Assembly: GCA_016700375.1 (NCBI GenBank)
Contig: CP065016.1
Coordinates: 840,001 to 872,000 of the forward strand
Reading direction: 5' to 3'
Length of the DNA: 32,000 bases
Origin: Candidatus Saccharimonadota bacterium
GTDB taxonomy: Bacteria > Patescibacteriota > Saccharimonadia > Saccharimonadales > UBA4665
This document shows positions 1 through 7,844 of this stretch, piece after piece. A program made the position numbers and the translations under genes. Below the pieces are notes generated by a model that had not been told where the DNA came from, did no database searches, and was given only the letters and a program-made list of their open reading frames with translations. Numbering within the stretch: position 1 is the first letter of the stretch; every line of letters begins with the position of its first letter.

Positions 1-566
1 GCGGCCGGCGCGGGCGGGATTGGGAGAATGATCATATCATTGCTATATGTCGGGTAATTGTTCCGTAACCGCTCCGCCGTGAAATTCGATATGGTCACGA
101 TATGGCTACATCGCCGCAGAGTATCTGGGACGAAACGTGTAAGGTCCTGCCGGTTCTTTTTCGAGACGAACTCTGGGTGGTCGACAAAACACATGTCATA
201 TATGAAGCCAATCGCAGGAGTCCGAAAGAGTGATGGCACACTGAGGTAGTTCAGGTGTAGTGCCATAGCAGCCCGCCTAAATATCCGTAGCTCCAGCGGT
301 ATTTCGACCCGGAATCGCCGGAGCAGATTCACAAACTGGATGGGTAGGAAAGGGTTACGTACATACGATATGTTTGACGCTTTCGGCAAGTCTGCTTTTG
401 ACCTAAGCATAAAGTCGTACGCATGCCCGACGAATCTAGTCTCTGGCATGACGGCCGCTAGCTGTGCGATCAGTGTATGGCAAAAATACCCTACTCCGGT
501 CTTCTCGCCCAGAAGTACCTGGGCATCGAAATACACGATTGATCTTTTGCTAGGCTTTATTGCCAT
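1..566 (-). CDS. Glycosyltransferase family 1/4 (GT-B), N-terminal part; gene runs off the left edge
   Basis: Own reverse-strand translation from ATG at 564-566: MAIKPSKRSIVYFDAQVLLGEKTGVGYFCHTLIAQLAAV...FIYDMCFVDHPEFVSKKNRQDL...IVTISNFTAERLRNNY, open to position 1. The pattern is typical of a GT4 N-terminal half. The start overlaps the upstream GT stop by 17 nt. It is absent from the ORF track because it is truncated by the window edge. Confidence 0.7.
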   Translation of the reverse strand, partial: MAIKPSKRSIVYFDAQVLLGEKTGVGYFCHTLIAQLAAVMPETRFVGHAYDFMLRSKADLPKASNISYVRNPFLPIQFVNLLRRFRVEIPLELRIFRRAAMALHLNYLSVPSLFRTPAIGFIYDMCFVDHPEFVSKKNRQDLTRFVPDTLRRCSHIVTISNFTAERLRNNYPTYSNDMIILPIPPAPA

Positions 567-1767
567 GCTCGACTACCTTCTCCAGTATCATCTTGGCCGT
601 TTTGTCCCAGGTGAAACGGGCGGCATGTTCCTTGCCCCTCTGAATGAGATCTTGCCGTAAGGTATTATTGTTTAGTACTCTTTCCGCCGCGGCGGACAGG
701 TTGTTATCCTGCTCGACCAAGATACACGCATCTCCTGCTACTTCTGGGATGGACGAGGTGTCGTACGCGACCACTGGACAACCAGCCGCCATCGCCTCCA
801 GTATGGGTAAGCCGAAGCCTTCATAGAGGCTTGGGAAGACGAAGCACTGGGCCCGTCTATATAGATATAGTAAGTCATTGTGTGTCACAAAACCGGTGCT
901 CAGGACGTCTTTAGCATATGCCTCATTGTTGTGTAATTCCGCGTACCAACCTCGATCTGCCAGCTGATCCTCGAGCGAGAATTCCTTGCCGACTACAATA
1001 AGGCGAAGCTCCGGGTGTGCAGGTTTCAATGCGTAAAGTACTTTCACAAGTTCAGCCACATTCTTGCGGGTATCTATGCCCCCTACGTATAAAATGTACG
1101 GTTTTAAAGCTAACTCGCGCACTCTATCTGATGGTTTGCCGCTTGAGACAAAGAAAGAGTGATCAACTCCAAGCGGAACGACCGTAACTCGTGAGGCTGA
1201 GATGGACGGCAAGTAACGCAGCAGGTCCTTTTTTGAACTTTCTGATATAGCAAGTAAGTGGTCAGCTTTTTGGAATGAGTGTATGAATCGGAGATACTTT
1301 TGCCAATACATATGTCGCGCCAAACCATCTTTCAAGCGCCTGAAAGGCCGAATATTTTTCGAGGATTTTTTTTCTATATCGCGGAACAAAAGCGGGATAA
1401 GGTCGTAGAATATGACCACAGTCAACACGCTTCGGGGGACGCCCAGAGCCGCATCGAACTGTAAAAATACATCTATATCATCAGGGCTTGGTTGAGCTAC
1501 GCTGAAGGAGGGCAGAAAAGAACGAAAGTACCGTTTGCGGCCCAGTTTAGGGCTTTTTATGGTCCGTACAATTGAGTCAGGGAATAGGGTGGTGATTTCT
1601 GGCTGAGGTATATCCGCATCCACGTAAAAGGTAAAATGGTGCAATGACCTTTCCGGCAGGCGGCTCAGTGCGCTCATAAAGAACTCCTCAGTTTTGCCTA
1701 TCCCTCGGAAACGGGTCTCACCCTGCATGGGGCGCAGATCAATGCCTATCTTCATATCTGTATCCAT
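550..1767 (-). CDS. Glycosyltransferase family 1/4
   Basis: 405-aa ORF with the C-terminal GT1 signature PSLYEGFGLPILEAMAAGCPVVAYDTSSIPEVAGDA. An alternative start at ATG 1755 gives MKIGIDLR. Confidence 0.8.
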   Translation of the reverse strand: MDTDMKIGIDLRPMQGETRFRGIGKTEEFFMSALSRLPERSLHHFTFYVDADIPQPEITTLFPDSIVRTIKSPKLGRKRYFRSFLPSFSVAQPSPDDIDVFLQFDAALGVPRSVLTVVIFYDLIPLLFRDIEKKSSKNIRPFRRLKDGLARHMYWQKYLRFIHSFQKADHLLAISESSKKDLLRYLPSISASRVTVVPLGVDHSFFVSSGKPSDRVRELALKPYILYVGGIDTRKNVAELVKVLYALKPAHPELRLIVVGKEFSLEDQLADRGWYAELHNNEAYAKDVLSTGFVTHNDLLYLYRRAQCFVFPSLYEGFGLPILEAMAAGCPVVAYDTSSIPEVAGDACILVEQDNNLSAAAERVLNNNTLRQDLIQRGKEHAARFTWDKTAKMILEKVVEHGNKA

Positions 1768-1871
1768 TGATTATGTTGAATATTGATTTAGTATGACATA
1801 TACAATATTTCTAAGAAACACATACAGATCAAAAGATTACAACGCGTTGACATACTTACCGACATCGACAG

Positions 1872-1880
1872 TGCTATAAT
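1872..1880 (+). promoter_or_regulatory. Extended -10 box TGcTATAAT, 8 nt upstream of ATG 1889
   Basis: Exact TGnTATAAT read in the sequence. There is no SD between it and the start codon. It lies in the divergent intergenic region 1768-1888. Confidence 0.5.
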
Positions 1881-1888
1881 AGTGCCTA

Positions 1889-2686
1889 ATGTTGGGTATA
1901 TTTAAGAAACGGTCTAGGGCACTTTTGGGTGCGATGTTAATCACTGACTTCAAGATAAGATATCAGGGGTCTGCACTTGGTTACCTATGGTCGTTGGTAA
2001 GACCTCTTAGTCTTTTCGTAATACTCTACATCGTTTTTGCAAAATTCTTTAAGGTAGGCGACAATATTCCTCACTTTGGCTCGTACTTGCTGCTTGGGGT
2101 TATGTTATGGAACTTTTTTGCCGAGGCAACTGGAAATGCTCTAAGTTCACTCGTGGACAGGGCAGACTTGATCAGGAAAGTTATGGTTCCGCGTTATACC
2201 GTAATACTTGTAGCCGTACTATCATCAGCGATCAACCTCCTCATCAATCTTGTGGTGGTAGGCGTTATTATCTCTTTTGCAGGAATCGACCCGAGCCCTT
2301 GGGCTATTGTGCTGGTGCCGCTTCTGATACTTGAACTTGTCGGTATAAGCCTTGCTTTCGGTTTTATTCTGTCGATACTATATGTCCGATTCAGGGATAT
2401 AAAGTATATATGGGAGCTCCTGCTGCAGGTTGCATTCTATGCTACCCCGATAATTTACCCCATATCGAAGATTCCGCAAAAATATCACGCCCTCATATCG
2501 CTGAACCCTATCGCGCAAATCATCCAGGATATGCGTGATGTTCTCGTGACGAATCATACGCTGACGAGTTGGGAAATACTCGGTAAGGCGAAAGCGTCGC
2601 TATGTATTATTGCGCCCGTTCTGCTGGGGGTATTTGCATACCTGTATTTTAAGAGAAACATCGGAAAGATAGCTGAAGACTTATGA
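1889..2686 (+). CDS. ABC-2 type polysaccharide/teichoic-acid exporter permease (Wzm/TagG-like)
   Basis: 265-aa polytopic membrane protein with an N-terminal DFKIRYQGSALGYLWSLVRPL motif typical of ABC-2 permeases. Its stop overlaps the ATPase start as ATGA (2683-2686). Confidence 0.8.
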   Translation: MLGIFKKRSRALLGAMLITDFKIRYQGSALGYLWSLVRPLSLFVILYIVFAKFFKVGDNIPHFGSYLLLGVMLWNFFAEATGNALSSLVDRADLIRKVMVPRYTVILVAVLSSAINLLINLVVVGVIISFAGIDPSPWAIVLVPLLILELVGISLAFGFILSILYVRFRDIKYIWELLLQVAFYATPIIYPISKIPQKYHALISLNPIAQIIQDMRDVLVTNHTLTSWEILGKAKASLCIIAPVLLGVFAYLYFKRNIGKIAEDL

Positions 2687-3909
2687 CCAAAGATGAACAA
2701 CCTGATGCTATTGAAGTAAAAAAACTAATAAAAATATTCAAACTTCCGCACGACAATAAAAAGTCAATAAAACAGTCTATACTCAGTTTTCGCCGCAGTA
2801 GCTTCGAAAACCAGATCGTATTGGACGGAGTATCTTTCTCAGTTAAGAAGGGTGAATTCTTTGGGATTTTAGGACGCAACGGCAGTGGTAAAAGTACCCT
2901 CTTAAAGCTGCTTGCCGGTATATATGAACCCACCTCCGGGACTGTGAGAGTACATGGTAAGCTCACCCCTTTCATTGAGCTGGGGATCGGGTTCAACCCG
3001 GAGCTCACGGGTCGGGATAATGTATTCTTGAACGCTGCAATCCTTGGACTAAGCAGGAAGGAAATCGAAGCGAAATATGATGAAATCGTACGGTTTGCGG
3101 AGCTGGAAAGGTACATGGATCAGAAGCTTCGCAATTATTCATCAGGCATGCTGGTCCGACTCGCGTTCTCAATATCGATCCAAGCTCACAATAACGTACT
3201 GCTCATTGATGAGGTGCTGGCTGTTGGTGACGTTAATTTTCAGCAAAAATGTCTGAATATCTTTCGTGATATGAAGAAAACTGGTAAGACCGTGGTGCTG
3301 GTAACTCATGACATGTCTGCTGTCGAGGAGTTTTGCGACAGGGCTATCCTCATAGATAAGGGAAAAGTCTTGTCTCTAGGTAATAGCAAAGCAATCGCGA
3401 ATCTTTATAGAAGGTTAAATTTCGAAGAGCTGGGCAGTAATACGCAAACGAAAAAAGATAAGCGATGGGGGAATAAAGCGGTTACTATAGAAGCGGTGGA
3501 ACTATTTGAAGCGGATGGAAAAAAAGCGAAGGTCTATACGGGCGAGCAGCTTTTAGTTCACGCTAAGATCGTAGCCCAAAAGGCTGTCGAGAATCCGATA
3601 CTTGGAATTCAGATACGAAATGCTACCGGACAGATACTCATGGGAACCAACTCAAAACTTGATGGACAAGACATCACTGAACTTTCGGTCGGGGATACGG
3701 TGACCTTCGACTGGCGGTTACCGAATATTTTTAAATCGGGTATGTATACCCTTACTATAGCTGCGCACGACTTAGCCGGAGAAGCCTATGATTGGATTGA
3801 TGAAGCGGTCACTTTCACAGTTCAAAGAGGGGTAGATACATCCGCGCTTGTTGATCCGTCGCGTAATTTGCAAGCCAAGATATCTAGAAAGGACGTGAAT
3901 GAGTCATAA
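2683..3909 (+). CDS. Polysaccharide ABC exporter ATP-binding protein (Wzt/TagH-like) with a ~160-aa C-terminal extension
   Basis: Walker A GRNGSGKST, signature YSSGM and Walker B LLIDEVLAVGD are present. Residues ~250-408 extend beyond the ATPase core and look like a Wzt C-terminal beta-sandwich. Confidence 0.8.
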   Translation: MTKDEQPDAIEVKKLIKIFKLPHDNKKSIKQSILSFRRSSFENQIVLDGVSFSVKKGEFFGILGRNGSGKSTLLKLLAGIYEPTSGTVRVHGKLTPFIELGIGFNPELTGRDNVFLNAAILGLSRKEIEAKYDEIVRFAELERYMDQKLRNYSSGMLVRLAFSISIQAHNNVLLIDEVLAVGDVNFQQKCLNIFRDMKKTGKTVVLVTHDMSAVEEFCDRAILIDKGKVLSLGNSKAIANLYRRLNFEELGSNTQTKKDKRWGNKAVTIEAVELFEADGKKAKVYTGEQLLVHAKIVAQKAVENPILGIQIRNATGQILMGTNSKLDGQDITELSVGDTVTFDWRLPNIFKSGMYTLTIAAHDLAGEAYDWIDEAVTFTVQRGVDTSALVDPSRNLQAKISRKDVNES

Positions 3910-4879
3910 GCTGGAAAAAACGGAAATTGAAAGTATGATGAATAAAGCGATACACAGCCTTGAACCTCGAGAAGCAGTGCATCGTTCCGATAAGGTCAAG
4001 CCATATGGTGAACTTGTCGGCACATTTTATATTGCGTCCCGAAATCCTCTCGTGCGACTGGCTAAAAAGCCATTTAGCACCGGAGTAAAATTATACCGGA
4101 AGATATTTCAGGGCTATTTAGAACAAAAAACACAGGTAGACAGCTATGTCGTATATGAACTGACGGATATCGCTGAAAAGCTAAACAAGCTTAGCGTAGA
4201 GGAGCTTGAGGCCAGTATAAATAACGCGATCAATATCAAGCTTGACGAAAAAATACAAGAGACCCATATACTCATTGACAGGTTCAAGAAAGAAATAAAC
4301 TATGAGCTGGTAGAACTCCGTAAAGGTGGCTCCGCTGCAGCGGCAGAAGACAAGAAACCCTTTAAGGCGGAGATAATCAACCAAAAACGTGTCAAAGAAC
4401 TCAAGAAAGTCAATGTCGGAGCAGGCATGGACATAAGGCAGGATTACATTAATCTTGATCATCGCGCCCTCGACGGCATAGACGTAGTCGCGGATGTCTT
4501 GGATATGCCTTTTGAGGAGGAATCTTTAGATGAAATCTTTTCTTCTCATGTCGTCGAACACTTTGTTCAAAATGATTTGAAGAAAATCCTGGTGTACTGG
4601 TTCGGTCTACTGAGGAAAGGCGGAAGACTGCGGATAATAACGCCCAACATAGAAGACATGGCGAAACGTTATGCCATCGGTGAAGTAGCCTGGCAGGAAT
4701 TTCGTTCGGTCGCGCTTGGTGGCCAAGATTATGCGAGTGATTATCATTTCAACCACTTCTCTATCAAGTCCATGGAAGAACTTATACATACCGTTCTTCC
4801 GGAGGCGGAATTCAAGATTGTTGCTGACTCGCGCCGTAATGGCGAATGTTTTGAAATGGAAGTCCTAGTCGTTAAATGA
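3899..4879 (+). CDS. Class I SAM-dependent methyltransferase with a long N-terminal helical (coiled-coil-like) region
   Basis: The C-terminal half carries VNVGAG...DVVADVLDMPFEEESLDEIFSSHVVEHF...LLRKGGRLRIITPN (Methyltransf_11-like motifs). The N-terminal ~170 aa are K/E-rich and helical. It overlaps both neighbouring genes. Confidence 0.7.
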   Translation: MSHKLEKTEIESMMNKAIHSLEPREAVHRSDKVKPYGELVGTFYIASRNPLVRLAKKPFSTGVKLYRKIFQGYLEQKTQVDSYVVYELTDIAEKLNKLSVEELEASINNAINIKLDEKIQETHILIDRFKKEINYELVELRKGGSAAAAEDKKPFKAEIINQKRVKELKKVNVGAGMDIRQDYINLDHRALDGIDVVADVLDMPFEEESLDEIFSSHVVEHFVQNDLKKILVYWFGLLRKGGRLRIITPNIEDMAKRYAIGEVAWQEFRSVALGGQDYASDYHFNHFSIKSMEELIHTVLPEAEFKIVADSRRNGECFEMEVLVVK

Positions 4880-7119
4880 AAAATTCCCAGCAGAAAGATT
4901 CGCCCCGAATTTCGGTTGTTCTCAATACGTGCAATAGGGGAGCTTACATTGGTGATACACTACGAGGCTTGCAGCGGCAGTCATACGACAACTTTGAAGT
5001 AATAGTAGTAAATGGCCCTTCCATAGACAATACCGAAGATGTAGTAAAAGATTTCGAGGTAAAATACTATACTGCCCCATTCAATCTTTCAATCTCACGC
5101 AATATAGGCATCAAACACGCATCGGGCGATATCATCGCATTCATAGATGATGATGCAGTTCCTGAGGCGAACTGGCTTGCAGATTTAGTGAAAGCGTATG
5201 AAGATCCGAAAGTCGCGGCTGCAGGTGGCCGCGTGTTCAATGCGGATGGCTCCGGTTTCCAGTTCAGCTATGGGGCGATCGATGTCTGGGGGTACCCGGT
5301 TACTCGTGATGACAAGCCATATGAATACAACGATCCTGCTGGAGACTGGTTTAATGTAAATATCGGTACCAATGCATCATATAGACGAGAGCCGTTGATT
5401 GAGGTGGGCGGTTTTGACGAAGAAATAGAATATTATCACGATGAAAGCGACGTCTGCGTTAGGTTGATACAAGCAGGATATAAGGTGGCACAGCTTGAGA
5501 ACGCATACGTCCACCATAAGATGGCGCCAAGTTTTCGGCGAAAGAATAGCAAGAAGACGGTAGTCTGGGATGCTATAGTGAAGAACACAATATACTTCGG
5601 CCTGCTGAATACAGCGGGCAAGAGGCCTTTGCATCAGAGGCTCAGCAAGCCTTTCCTGGCAGAGCGTCAGAAGCTATCGTTCCCATACAAACTTTTTCGT
5701 AGCGGTGACTTTACTTTCGGTGAGGGGGTCTCGCGCTATTTCGCATTGTGTCGGGCTTTTATGCGTGGGTATCGACGTGGTTTTTCGGGTAAACGAAAGC
5801 TCATGCAGGGCTATATGTATGAGCCGGATACTTTCTTGCGCTATAAGAAGATACAAAAACCCGCAACGGTGAGACATATTGTGTTGGTCAGCCAAGGTTT
5901 CCCGCCTCACCAAACAGACGGCATAGCAAGGTATACTGGAGTTCTTGCCAAAGAGTTAAGCAGGCTTGGGCATACCGTATCTGTAGTATCACGAGCACTG
6001 AATGAGAATAAGAAAGGAACGATTCAGTTCATAGATGGGGCATGGTTGTATAGGCACCAACCCAATAAGTATCTGACCAGAACAACTGGTTATCCAAGAG
6101 TAGACCATCAGCTCGCTCATGCTAGGAGCGTGCTTGCCACTGTTCGAAAAATCCATGACCGAGAAAAAGTGGACGTCGTACTAGCACCCTTATGGGATGC
6201 CGAGGGTTTGGGCCTGATGGTGCATAAAGTTGCGCCGACTATACTGACGCTTATGTCTCCTCTGAAAAAGGTGGTCGAAACGCAGTGGTTCAATGTGGAC
6301 GAACCTAGTTACGATATAACGTATGAGCTTGAGCGTGAATGCGTCGTCCGGGCAGACGGCATCATGGCCATATCTGATAATATTAAGCATACAATTGGCG
6401 AGCTTTATAACGTTGACTGGAGGACACTTGCGGCTCGCGGTGCCCCTACCGTAACATTGCCGCTAGGTGTCGGGCCCGAGTTCATCACGGCTAGAAAAGG
6501 TTGGGAGGTATGGGCAGCGCGCCAGAGGTATGACGCACCGGTGGAAATCCTGTACGTAGGCAGGGCGGAAAGGCGGAAAGGAACGGATGTTTTACTGGCT
6601 GCGCTGCCGAAAATGCTGAGTGAAATACCTAACGCACGCATCAAGTTCGTAGGAGATGAAGACGGAAAAGACGAGAAGGGTAAGTCATATTTCGCCGAAT
6701 TCAGGAAAAAATACTCTAATCAATCGTGGTTCAAACGCGTCGCCTTCGTAGGTAGAGTAAGCGATGAGGATCTGGCTGATGCCTATAAAGCTTGTGATAT
6801 ATTTGTTGCGCCCTCGCGTTATGAATCTTTCGGGCAGATATACATAGAAGCCATGGCAGCAGGGAAGCCTGTCGTCGGTACGCGCGCGGGCGGTATACCA
6901 GAAGTTGTACAGCATGAGATGAATGGATTCCTCATAGAGAATGAAAACAGTGAGCAGCTAGCAGACTACCTTATAAAGCTAGCCTCCGATAGCAAACTAC
7001 GTGTAAAGATGGGCGAAGCATCTTTACGCATTGCCCGCGAAAAATTCGCCGGCGATGTGCTCGCCAAAGATTTCCTAAAACTTGTCGACCAAGTAATTGA
7101 CGTGAAAGAGTCATCCTAA
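4876..7119 (+). CDS. Bifunctional glycosyltransferase: N-terminal GT2 fused to C-terminal GT1/GT4
   Basis: The N-terminus has ISVVLNTCNR...FEVIVVNGPSIDNT...IAFIDDDAVPEANWL (GT2 with DxD). The C-terminus has PSRYESFGQIYIEAMAAGKPVVGTRAGGIPEVV (GT1 signature). Confidence 0.8.
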   Translation: MKNSQQKDSPRISVVLNTCNRGAYIGDTLRGLQRQSYDNFEVIVVNGPSIDNTEDVVKDFEVKYYTAPFNLSISRNIGIKHASGDIIAFIDDDAVPEANWLADLVKAYEDPKVAAAGGRVFNADGSGFQFSYGAIDVWGYPVTRDDKPYEYNDPAGDWFNVNIGTNASYRREPLIEVGGFDEEIEYYHDESDVCVRLIQAGYKVAQLENAYVHHKMAPSFRRKNSKKTVVWDAIVKNTIYFGLLNTAGKRPLHQRLSKPFLAERQKLSFPYKLFRSGDFTFGEGVSRYFALCRAFMRGYRRGFSGKRKLMQGYMYEPDTFLRYKKIQKPATVRHIVLVSQGFPPHQTDGIARYTGVLAKELSRLGHTVSVVSRALNENKKGTIQFIDGAWLYRHQPNKYLTRTTGYPRVDHQLAHARSVLATVRKIHDREKVDVVLAPLWDAEGLGLMVHKVAPTILTLMSPLKKVVETQWFNVDEPSYDITYELERECVVRADGIMAISDNIKHTIGELYNVDWRTLAARGAPTVTLPLGVGPEFITARKGWEVWAARQRYDAPVEILYVGRAERRKGTDVLLAALPKMLSEIPNARIKFVGDEDGKDEKGKSYFAEFRKKYSNQSWFKRVAFVGRVSDEDLADAYKACDIFVAPSRYESFGQIYIEAMAAGKPVVGTRAGGIPEVVQHEMNGFLIENENSEQLADYLIKLASDSKLRVKMGEASLRIAREKFAGDVLAKDFLKLVDQVIDVKESS

Positions 7120-7173
7120 AGGCCACAGGCTCCGTAACCGCGGGTTGAGTATTGCGGTCAGCCAGGTTGGACG

Positions 7174-7833
7174 GTGTATACGGTGCTGCCATCAAGTATG
7201 GGTTTTACTGGTGGCGTGCACAATGCTACAACGGGTAGTACTGTAGAACTTTTCGTAACCGACAGCAACAACAAACTGATTCAGGTTGAGAAAACGCCAT
7301 CGGGCAGCTGGACATATACAGACATAAGCACAGGCTACCAACTGAAAGGCAAACCTGCAGTGCTGTGGGGGACCACGGGTGTAGACGTGTTTACCATAGC
7401 GAAAGACGGTGCGCTTGTGCAGCACCATACAAACTTCGGCCAGGGTACATGGGATGTATACACCGTTCTACCTGCCAGTAAGAATTTCGATGGTGGGGTC
7501 GATGCAGTACTAAGCGGCTCCACCGTAGAACTCTTTCTGGCAAACACCGCACACCATTTGGTGCAAGCAGAAAAGACACCAACCAGCCCATGGGTTACGT
7601 ACGATATCCGGACAGACTACGAAGTAGACTATGCGCCTACTATCATCTGGGGTACGTCAGGAGTAGATGTGTATGCTAACGGTAAAGACGGTGCGCTTAA
7701 GTAGTTCCATACGGCGTTCGGTCAAGGCAGTTGGGACGCCTACACCGTACAAGACGCATCACAAAAGTTAGCGGGCGGAGTTGACGCACTGCAGTACGGC
7801 ACATCGGTAGAGGTTTTTACCGAGAAAGAATAG
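7174..7833 (+). pseudogene. Beta-propeller-type tandem-repeat protein (possible lectin-like), interrupted by an in-frame TAG at 7702-7704
   Basis: The ~94-aa unit YTVLP..GGV....GSTVELF....L.Q.EKTP...W.....I......G.P...WGT.GVDV....KDGAL...HT.FGQG.WD occurs 2.3 times. The repeat continues in frame after the TAG (FHTAFGQGSWDAYTVQDASQKLAGGVDALQYGTSVEVFTEKE, stop at 7831-7833). The only start candidate is GTG 7174, which lies mid-repeat. Confidence 0.55.
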
Positions 7834-7844
7834 CGAATAGCGCG

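Noticed and set aside
58-826. Plus-strand track ORFs 58..249, 340..660 and 644..826
   Set aside because: They lie antisense to two glycosyltransferase genes with clear family motifs (1..566 and 550..1767) and have no recognisable features of their own.
7117-7176. The repeat protein as a C-terminal extension of the 747-aa glycosyltransferase (both are in the same frame)
   Set aside because: Two stop codons (TAA 7117-7119 and TAA 7135-7137) separate them, and sharing a frame has a one-in-three chance expectation.
7702-7704. TAG read-through or recoding in the repeat protein
   Set aside because: TAG is used as a normal stop by neighbouring genes (e.g. 14742-14744, 24541-24543). A single CAG-to-TAG change relative to the sister repeat explains it.
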